From a virus, in the IMG/VR virus record IMGVR_UViG_3300033407_000062, positions 1 through 38,245 of that record: DNA of 38,245 nt. One strand, 5' to 3'. Positions 7,985 through 13,461 of this stretch are shown piece by piece. The translations under genes and the position numbers were made by a program. Within the stretch, counting starts at the first letter, position 1; each line of letters begins with the position of its first letter. Below the pieces are notes generated by a model, which did no database searches, was not told where the DNA came from, and saw nothing but the letters and a program-made list of their open reading frames with translations.

Positions 7985-8299
7985 CTAAAATGGGATTTCG
8001 TTTGTGCTTGCGTCGCCAGCGGGGTATAGAATATCTCCGCCCATTATATACGGGCTTGGCTCTGTCCCTTCGGGGTTGAGTCGCGCCCGCCATTCAGCCA
8101 CCTCTCGCTCATCCACGTTCACGAACTTGACCGCCTGGTTACATTTGAAACAGTGCCCTTCGTCGTGCGGTCCCATGTCGCCGATGTAGGGCATTACGAG
8201 ACCGCCATCATTCGGGCAGAGGTGGGACATATAGAACCGCCCGTCATCGCGGGTCTTTCCCTGTACTTCGTAGAGACTTGCTTGTCTTGTTTGGGGCAT
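7985..8299 (-). CDS. hypothetical Zn-ribbon-like protein ending in an SSB-tip-like ..NEIPF
   Basis: 104-aa ORF, first gene after a strong promoter. It has CPNDGG...HCFKCNQ and the C-terminus EIPF. Confidence 0.5.
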   Translation of the reverse strand: MPQTRQASLYEVQGKTRDDGRFYMSHLCPNDGGLVMPYIGDMGPHDEGHCFKCNQAVKFVNVDEREVAEWRARLNPEGTEPSPYIMGGDILYPAGDASTNEIPF

Positions 8300-8347
8300 T
8301 AGATAATCCTTTCATTTCGCAAGATTTTATACATTCTGACAGTCCAG

Positions 8348-8376
8348 ATTATAACCGATGTGTATATAAACGTCAA
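8348..8376 (-). promoter_or_regulatory. strong sigma70-type early promoter (-35 TTGACG, 17 nt, -10 TATAAT)
   Basis: Reverse complement reads cTTGACGtttatatacacatcggtTATAATc, about 45 nt upstream of ATG 8299. Confidence 0.75.
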
Positions 8377-8470
8377 GAGAGTTGTATTGACAAATCCTCC
8401 GTCTACCCTAAAGGGCACACGTGTGGTATTATTTAATCATTGGTTGACCTGTCGCAAGCGGGCCGCCAAA

Positions 8471-8495
8471 AAGACCCCGACTGACGCGGGGTCTT
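8471..8495. terminator. bidirectional intrinsic terminator
   Basis: AAGACCCCG-actgacg-CGGGGTCTT with A and T runs on both sides, downstream of the 8561-9064 gene. Confidence 0.7.
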
Positions 8496-8511
8496 TTGCT
8501 TTGATCATGCC

Positions 8512-8621
8512 GCCCAACGGCTTGCGTTACCCGCAGGGGCGAGAACGCAAGACCATAAATTTATTTGAAGACTTCATCATCTGTCACAGCCAGCCCCTGT
8601 CGGGTGCACGCTTTGTTAGGC
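8512..8621 (-). repeat. 110-bp inverted-repeat-ended element, copy 1 (covers the last ~20 codons and stop of the GNAT-like gene)
   Basis: Its reverse complement aligns over all 110 nt with 17910-18019. The last 43 nt are identical, the first 37 nt match 34/37, and the centre has diverged. Confidence 0.85.
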
Positions 8622-9064
8622 ATCGTAGGGACTACTTCCCATAAAGTCTTTTGCTCAATCGGGTGTGTGTCTACTCGCGGACGAGCTGTTCTATTCCACG
8701 TTCCGCCGCCCGCTTCGCCCAAACTGCGCCAGTTTGCAGATACAAGAGATGTGCCCGGCTCTGATTGCAAGGTGTAGGTAATTACGCGCTTATAACCAAG
8801 AGCAAAGGCGGCTCGGCTTGCAGCTCCGTAGAGCATTGACGGCGCGTTCTTTGTGCCATCGGTGGCGCAGCGTGTGACTTCAAGCGTCCAACCATCATCC
8901 AACATTCGAGCAACTGGACGCCCTACCGTGATTACGCCTACAACTTTTTCGCCATCATTCACGGCGATACCAAACTTCCAGCCTTGCGGCGGTAAGTGGT
9001 GACGATGCACGAGCTCAATAAACTTGCACGCTTCGGGGTATGTTATGGGCTGTAGATTCAACAT
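8561..9064 (-). CDS. GNAT-fold-like protein of the prophage-associated XF1762-like family (recalled from memory)
   Basis: Pattern HRHH.PP.G..F...V......VGV..VGRPVAR.LDDG.T.EVTR....G..NA.S.LYGA..RAA.ALGY.R..TY. Confidence 0.5.
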   Translation of the reverse strand: MLNLQPITYPEACKFIELVHRHHLPPQGWKFGIAVNDGEKVVGVITVGRPVARMLDDGWTLEVTRCATDGTKNAPSMLYGAASRAAFALGYKRVITYTLQSEPGTSLVSANWRSLGEAGGGTWNRTARPRVDTHPIEQKTLWEVVPTMPNKACTRQGLAVTDDEVFK

Positions 9065-9073
9065 TTCTTAGAT

Positions 9074-9096
9074 GCCTAACGGCAAGCGTTACCCGC
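9074..9096 (-). repeat. gene-junction motif copy (sense reading GCGGGTAACGCTTGCCGTTAGGC)
   Basis: Contains the TAA stop of 9089-9316 and lies 10 nt upstream of ATG 9064. Confidence 0.75.
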
Positions 9097-9316
9097 CCGC
9101 CGTGTTCGTAGAATCCGCCGCGCTGACCAGAGCCGAAGGAGGGTCGGTGTGCACGCATTGTTCGGCGTCTTTCACAATTGGGAAATCACACTCATAACAA
9201 CGCGACTTTGTTGGCTTGCGGGGGGATGTGACCCATTGCTCATGACCACATTCCAACTCACATAACCACTGTTTTTTATTGAGCGGGGATTTATCAGCCC
9301 GCAAAACTTTTACCAT
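9089..9316 (-). CDS. hypothetical Zn-ribbon protein
   Basis: 75-aa ORF with CELECGH and CYEC pairs. Confidence 0.5.
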   Translation of the reverse strand: MVKVLRADKSPLNKKQWLCELECGHEQWVTSPRKPTKSRCYECDFPIVKDAEQCVHTDPPSALVSAADSTNTAGG

Positions 9317-9339
9317 GACTACCTATCTTCTCGGCAGAC

Positions 9340-9362
9340 GCCGAACGATTTGCGTTAGCGGC
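9340..9362 (-). repeat. gene-junction motif copy, diverged (sense GCCGCTAACGCAAATCGTTCGGC)
   Basis: Aligned by eye to the other copies; lies 24 nt upstream of ATG 9316. Confidence 0.5.
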
Positions 9363-9412
9363 GATGTGGTGGACACCACCGCTAAAATTCAAAGGTTTCA
9401 CGACTTTCTTCA

Positions 9413-9471
9413 CGCGCCCCGTTCGGTGGACAAGCCACCCCGTTCTTTGGGGTGAGCGCAGCTCCACCGAA
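9413..9471 (-). repeat. 59-bp structured intergenic repeat, copy 1
   Basis: Its reverse complement is identical at all 59 nt to 18314-18372. Confidence 0.9.
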
Positions 9472-9499
9472 TAGCGCGAGCGTAAGCGGAAATGCCCGT

Positions 9500-9736
9500 T
9501 CATGGAAGCGGCGCATCCGTCCCGCATACATCGCAGTAAACACTACGATCTTCGAGCAAGGCTTTACACTCGGAACAATACCTAGCCGCTGGAATGGGTG
9601 TTTCCGCTTCACGCAGAGTTGGGCTGCGCGTGTCTAGCCAGTCCGCAAACTCTTTCAAAACCGTGTATTGCGACTCAGAAATACTGTACTCAGTAACATT
9701 GTTCATGTAGATAGCAAGTTCATCATCATACGACAT
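9500..9736 (-). CDS. hypothetical Zn-ribbon protein (78 aa, start MSYDDEL)
   Basis: Internal ATG preceded by AAAGGAAAAAGG. Contains CSEC....CDVCG. The 3' end (PLP-stop) is shared with 18425-18661. Confidence 0.5.
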   Translation of the reverse strand: MSYDDELAIYMNNVTEYSISESQYTVLKEFADWLDTRSPTLREAETPIPAARYCSECKALLEDRSVYCDVCGTDAPLP

Positions 9737-9803
9737 TTGCAACACCTTTTTCCTTTCATCCAAAGCGCAGGTCAATCTCTGCGTTTTCGCTCGCGCTATT
9801 GGG

Positions 9804-9850
9804 CTGACCAAGCCCCCCGCTCTTTGGGGAGTGAGCGCAGCTCCACCGAA
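9804..9850 (-). repeat. structured intergenic repeat, diverged copy 3
   Basis: Sense reading TTCGGTGGAGCTGCGCTCACTCCCCAAAGAGCGGGGGGCTTGGTC. The first 21 nt are identical to the other copies. Confidence 0.75.
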
Positions 9851-9921
9851 CTAGGTACTCGGTTGACAATGTCAGTTTTTTGCATAAATTACTGACATTG
9901 CCCCGATTAGTGACGGGGTTA

Positions 9922-10206
9922 TTAATTAGACACCATCTTCTCGATGGCGATCAGATCCGCAGGCGGTCCCGTCCGTGGGCGGTACTTCCGGAGGTTCGTC
10001 TGGAATTCATCGAGTATCTTTTGGAACTCCGCAAATATGATTTCCTCCGTTACGCCGTCCTGGAGCAGCACCTGCCTGAATTTCAGCGCGACGCCGCCCC
10101 AGGTTTCAGACTTTCCGATCAGCCTGCGCGCGATGGCGTCGTTCCTGAGATTCAGGACATCCACGCGGGAAAGCGTTGTCTTGTTTGGGTCTTTTTGTCT
10201 TGGCAT
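9922..10206 (-). CDS. hypothetical 94-aa protein (start MPRQKDPNK)
   Basis: The ATG is preceded by AAAAGGAGAATAATAAA and the conserved early leader. Confidence 0.5.
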   Translation of the reverse strand: MPRQKDPNKTTLSRVDVLNLRNDAIARRLIGKSETWGGVALKFRQVLLQDGVTEEIIFAEFQKILDEFQTNLRKYRPRTGPPADLIAIEKMVSN

Positions 10207-10230
10207 TTTATTATTCTCCTTTTCACAAGT

Positions 10231-10259
10231 ATTATACGTCAAAGTATATAAACGTGCTA
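10231..10259 (-). promoter_or_regulatory. early-promoter family member (-10 TATAAT, weak -35 TAGCAC), shares the GTATATAAACGT block
   Basis: Reverse complement reads gTAGCACgtttatatactttgacgTATAATacttgtgaaaaggag. Confidence 0.45.
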
Positions 10260-10264
10260 CGGGG

Positions 10265-10447
10265 TTATGATTTCCCCTCTGTCTGCTTGATAATATTTTT
10301 GATCTTTTTGATCTCTCTGATGCTTTTTCTTATCTGCTTACGCATGCTGTCTGTTTTTTTCTTTTCCGTCTTGAATATACCGCGCATACGCTTCTCCTGG
10401 TCTGCCATCTTATCCGCAATTATCTGTTCGTTTGATTTTCTGTTCAT
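10265..10447 (-). CDS. hypothetical Lys-rich coiled-coil-like protein (60 aa)
   Basis: Internal ATG with AAAGGAAA 6 nt upstream. The upstream extension of the 89-aa ORF is Cys/Arg-rich and implausible. Confidence 0.45.
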   Translation of the reverse strand: MNRKSNEQIIADKMADQEKRMRGIFKTEKKKTDSMRKQIRKSIREIKKIKNIIKQTEGKS

Positions 10448-10491
10448 CACAATTTCCTTTGTCCGCGAGCCATCAGCGCACGGACACAATT

Positions 10492-10608
10492 TTATTTTCC
10501 AAGTAGGTACAGAAGATACAGGCCGCCTGCACAAAGAAACATTACCCAGACGTATTCAACGAGCATCAGTAATATCCCGAGCAGGGTGTTTTTATCTTCG
10601 TCGTTCAT
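10492..10608 (-). CDS. small single-TM protein (38 aa, MNDEDKNTLLGILLMLVEYVWVMFLCAGGLYLLYLLGK)
   Basis: Not in the ORF track (shorter than 60 aa). TAATG overlap with the upstream gene; clear hydrophobic helix. Confidence 0.4.
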   Translation of the reverse strand: MNDEDKNTLLGILLMLVEYVWVMFLCAGGLYLLYLLGK

Positions 10609-10793
10609 TATGCGCTTCCAAGAGCGGCTTCGATCTCCGCCAGTTCGTTGATCAATTCATCGACCGTCTTGCTATCCATGAATAGCGTATGGGCAAAGGC
10701 GAATAATATCTGCTCACGGCGATCTTTGAGAAGCATTACCGCCGCTTCAATGTCTGTGGATGATGTGATTCTTTCGGTGAGGTCTTGGTTCAT
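10608..10793 (-). CDS. hypothetical 61-aa helical protein
   Basis: ORF coupled to its neighbours by 4-nt and 1-nt overlaps. Confidence 0.45.
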   Translation of the reverse strand: MNQDLTERITSSTDIEAAVMLLKDRREQILFAFAHTLFMDSKTVDELINELAEIEAALGSA

Positions 10794-11032
10794 CGTTTCA
10801 CCTTTGCGCTTGGTACGGCGGCGAGTAATGCTGCAACCTGTGCCTTAAGTATTTCCACTTCGTCGCGCAGGTCTTTGACGGTATCATCTTCCTCTTCGTA
10901 ATGAGTGCCGACCCACACATCCGGGCGATCTAATCCAGACTCAACACCACCGAACGGGCATTGCATAGTCTCCCAGTGATGCAAACCTTTCCAGCCGCCG
11001 CAATTCTTACAAGTATCTTTAGCCATTGTCAT
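10790..11032 (-). CDS. hypothetical Zn-finger plus coiled-coil protein
   Basis: CKNCGG...H.....CP followed by the heptad-like DLRDEVEILKAQVAALLAAV. Confidence 0.5.
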   Translation of the reverse strand: MTMAKDTCKNCGGWKGLHHWETMQCPFGGVESGLDRPDVWVGTHYEEEDDTVKDLRDEVEILKAQVAALLAAVPSAKVKR

Positions 11033-11043
11033 TGTATCCTTTT

Positions 11044-11068
11044 CCCGCCCTCCGTGATGGAGGGCGGG
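11044..11068. other. 10-bp GC-rich hairpin immediately upstream of the RBS of 10790-11032
   Basis: CCCGCCCTCC-gtgat-GGAGGGCGGG read directly. No U-run follows on the transcribed (minus) strand. Confidence 0.6.
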
Positions 11069-11134
11069 GCTAATGGGGGTCGGGTCATAAAGCCGATACT
11101 GCTGGCAGTCCTGCGGCTTTGCCCGTGAGGTGGG

Positions 11135-11266
11135 TTAGTTCTGGACAACCCTCACGCCGATGTTATGTGCTTTTGCCTCGGCGAGCGAGTCATACTTCTT
11201 GCAGGCAACCCCGTTCGTGCAGAGCCACCAAGAGCCGTCAATCTTTTCGAGTGTGTAGTCGGGCAT
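11135..11266 (-). CDS. hypothetical 43-aa protein (MPDYTLEKIDGSWWLCTNGVACKKYDSLAEAKAHNIGVRVVQN)
   Basis: Not in the ORF track. It starts with the same 24-nt RBS/start block as the 115-aa gene. Confidence 0.4.
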   Translation of the reverse strand: MPDYTLEKIDGSWWLCTNGVACKKYDSLAEAKAHNIGVRVVQN

Positions 11267-11287
11267 TGTTATTTCCTTTTCGCAAGT
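11264..11287. repeat. 24-bp perfect direct repeat, copy 1 (CATTGTTATTTCCTTTTCGCAAGT)
   Basis: Identical to 11614-11637. The two copies exactly bracket gene 11269-11616. Confidence 0.9.
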
Positions 11288-11616
11288 GTGGTATAGAGTC
11301 CAGTCACTTCGGTGAATAACTCTTGAAGCATATCGTTATAAATTCCTTCGTGCGTTGAAACTTCCTTGAATGATGCACCGCGTATCTTGAAGAATGTTAC
11401 CGTGTAGGTGTCCATTGCATCGAGTACGATCTTGATATGGTTAGCATTACGGCTTCCCATAAATTTGAAAGCCAGATTTGCGCTTTCCGCTTTTTCATCG
11501 TAGGTGATGAAGCGTGCGCCAGTCATGGCGATGAATTGACGCCCGCCGAGTTGGTTCATTATTTCCATCGCCTGGTATTTACGTTCTGAGATTTCAGTTG
11601 TCGCTTCGGTTGTCAT
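11269..11616 (-). CDS. conserved hypothetical phage/plasmid protein (115 aa)
   Basis: First gene after the divergent early promoter; globular-looking sequence (..MEIMNQLGGRQFIAMTGA..). Confidence 0.6.
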   Translation of the reverse strand: MTTEATTEISERKYQAMEIMNQLGGRQFIAMTGARFITYDEKAESANLAFKFMGSRNANHIKIVLDAMDTYTVTFFKIRGASFKEVSTHEGIYNDMLQELFTEVTGLYTTLAKRK

Positions 11617-11637
11617 TGTTATTTCCTTTTCGCAAGT
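11614..11637. repeat. 24-bp perfect direct repeat, copy 2
   Basis: Identical to 11264-11287. Confidence 0.9.
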
Positions 11638-11661
11638 TCAGACCGTGTTGTCTGTACCCCA

Positions 11662-11690
11662 AATATACCATGAGCGTATATAAACGTCAA
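11662..11690 (-). promoter_or_regulatory. leftward early promoter (-35 TTGACG, 17 nt, -10 TATATT)
   Basis: Reverse complement reads cTTGACGtttatatacgctcatggTATATTt, about 45 nt upstream of ATG 11616. Confidence 0.7.
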
Positions 11691-11728
11691 GGGGAATAAC
11701 CTGCCAATCCGTAAACTGATCTCAATGG

Positions 11729-11757
11729 TTGACTTTTATTTATAGGTGTTGTATTAT
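11729..11757 (+). promoter_or_regulatory. rightward promoter (-35 TTGACT, 17 nt, -10 TATTAT), same core family as the early promoters
   Basis: gTTGACTtttatttataggtgttgTATTATt read directly, 38 bp from the leftward -35. Confidence 0.65.
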
Positions 11758-11763
11758 TGACTT

Positions 11764-12048
11764 ACGACGTCGCCTCATAACTATCGGGTACCGTGTAAAG
11801 CCACGGTCAGGCGCAACCCTCCCGAACGCCGTTTTGATTGAACAACCTTTTAGTGAGGGGAGCGGTTTCATAGATGTGTTGAGGAAACAACAAAATTCCC
11901 ATCGTGAATGTAATCCGCTCCCCAATGATTTTGATAGCTTTAGAGTTGGGCGCGACGCTAAATACTCAGACCTGTCATAGTAGTAGAGAAGAAATTTTCA
12001 GGTAAATAACGCGCAGGGCATCCAGAAATGGGTGCCCTTTTTTTATTT
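11764..12048 (+). ncRNA. about 285-nt non-coding leader transcript bounded by promoter and terminator, upstream of the whole rightward arm
   Basis: No ORF with a start codon and RBS. Internal stems include ACCGTG/CACGGT and GGGGAGCGG/CCGCTCCCC. It ends in a strong terminator. The 5' end is only inferred from the -10 position. Confidence 0.45.
12015..12048 (+). terminator. strong intrinsic terminator (10-bp stem, GAAA loop, T7 run)
   Basis: AGGGCATCCA-gaaa-TGGGTGCCCT, whose closing T begins the run TTTTTTTATTT. Confidence 0.85.
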
Positions 12049-12098
12049 GCAAAGGCCCTGAACGGTACAAACACGGCAAAAGAGGTTATACTGACAAT

Positions 12099-12692
12099 AT
12101 GAAGCCGATCACCTGGACAAATACCCAGTGTAAATTATCACAACTCAAAGAATGGGATAAGAACCCCGTGCGGATTTCTGGCGACGACCTGAAACACCTG
12201 GCCGAGAGCGTCAAGAAGTTTCGAGGCGTCCTGCCGTATGTCGCAGCGGGGCCGATGGTCAAGGGAAGTTATCCACTACTCGACGGACACCAACGCAAGC
12301 GCGCGGAGTTGGAAGTAAACAAAGTCGCGCCCGATCTGCTTGTCGATGTGCGTGTCCCGTCCAGAAAGTTGACGGCGAAGGAACGCTCCGAGATCGTGAT
12401 CCGCCTGCGAAAAAATCAGGGAGAATTCGACGATAAATTACTGCTTGAAAATTTCAAAGACTTCCCCATGATTGAATTCGGTTTCAGTGAAAAGGAATTG
12501 AAGGACTTCGGTTTCGATCCGCCTGAGAGCAAGGACGCAGAGCCTGAGATAGACCGCGCGGCGGAGTTGTTGAAGAAGTGGAAGGTAAAGACGGGCGACT
12601 TGTTCGCTATCGGTGACCATCGCTTGATATGCGGCGACTGTACTGACGCGGCGGTAGTGGCGCGGGTGATGGGGGGGAGAAGGCGCGAATGA
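12099..12692 (+). CDS. ParB-like nuclease-domain protein (N-terminal half of a ParB-MTase architecture)
   Basis: ..LLDGHQRKRAE.. ParB/Srx-like motif. The C-terminus ..GDHRLICGDCTDAAVVARVMGG is the usual linker that precedes TDPPY in fused ParB-methylases. Confidence 0.65.
   Translation: MKPITWTNTQCKLSQLKEWDKNPVRISGDDLKHLAESVKKFRGVLPYVAAGPMVKGSYPLLDGHQRKRAELEVNKVAPDLLVDVRVPSRKLTAKERSEIVIRLRKNQGEFDDKLLLENFKDFPMIEFGFSEKELKDFGFDPPESKDAEPEIDRAAELLKKWKVKTGDLFAIGDHRLICGDCTDAAVVARVMGGRRRE
12671..12677. repeat. G7 homopolymer at the ParB-domain/MTase junction
   Basis: Read directly. One extra G would fuse the two ORFs in frame. Confidence 0.9.
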
Positions 12693-13354
12693 CTATTACA
12701 GATCCGCCGTGGAATGTTGCAATTGGTACAGACAGAAATCCGCGCCACAGACAAAGAGAAGGTCTCCAGAACGACAATATGTCGGACGATGATTATTCTT
12801 TATTTGTCGATGCTTTTATATCGTCCATTGAGCAGAATTGTGCAGGAGATGTTTACTGCAAGGTTGCGTCTGAATACATGGACATTATTGGTGGTATTTT
12901 TAGGGAAAAGAAGTTTCATTGGTCAGCCACTGTCATTTGGGTAAAAGATATATTTGTTTTGGGTAGGTCGAAATACCACAGGAGATACGAGCCACTCTGG
13001 TATGGGTGGCACAGTAAATCAAAGAGTTCCTTCTGTGACGCGCGCGATTTGGACGATGTTTGGGAAATCAAGCGTCCACGTGTTAGTGAGGAACACCCAA
13101 CCATGATGCCCGTTGAGTTACCAGAACGCGCAATTAGAAATTCAAGCAAAGCAGGAGATGTTGTATTCGAGCCATTCGTTGGCTCCGGCACCACCCTCGT
13201 TGCCTGTCAGAACTTAGGTAGGCGCGGACGCGGTATTGAAATAAGTCCAGCTTATTGCGCCGTTACCCTCGAACGTATGGCGACGGCATTTCCAAAACTA
13301 AAAATAACCAAACTCCCTAAGAAAAAGAAGTCATTAAGTCGTGTAGACAACTAA
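12689..13354 (+). CDS. N6-adenine/N4-cytosine DNA methyltransferase (beta-class order: DPPW then FxGxG)
   Basis: MTITDPPWNV at the N-terminus; EPFVGSGTTLVACQNLGRRGRGIEI near the C-terminus. Confidence 0.8.
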   Translation: MTITDPPWNVAIGTDRNPRHRQREGLQNDNMSDDDYSLFVDAFISSIEQNCAGDVYCKVASEYMDIIGGIFREKKFHWSATVIWVKDIFVLGRSKYHRRYEPLWYGWHSKSKSSFCDARDLDDVWEIKRPRVSEEHPTMMPVELPERAIRNSSKAGDVVFEPFVGSGTTLVACQNLGRRGRGIEISPAYCAVTLERMATAFPKLKITKLPKKKKSLSRVDN

Positions 13355-13461
13355 TTACCCATGTATCAATTCATGACTATTCTCAAAATAAATAACGCTC
13401 GATCCCGCCTGTTTGTACGGATTTCCCAGTCGCCAGATTCGCGTTTGTTGGGGTTTGTATA

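Noticed and set aside
9294-9612. ORFs 9294-9527 and 9382-9612 (minus) and 9452-9637 (plus)
   Set aside because: They are translations of the 59-bp repeat and its flanks, have no RBS and overlap one another. The region is treated as non-coding repeat sequence.
11729-11980. 83-aa plus ORF in the divergent region
   Set aside because: It would begin with the TTG of the -35 hexamer, upstream of the predicted transcription start. It has no RBS, and its composition is not protein-like.
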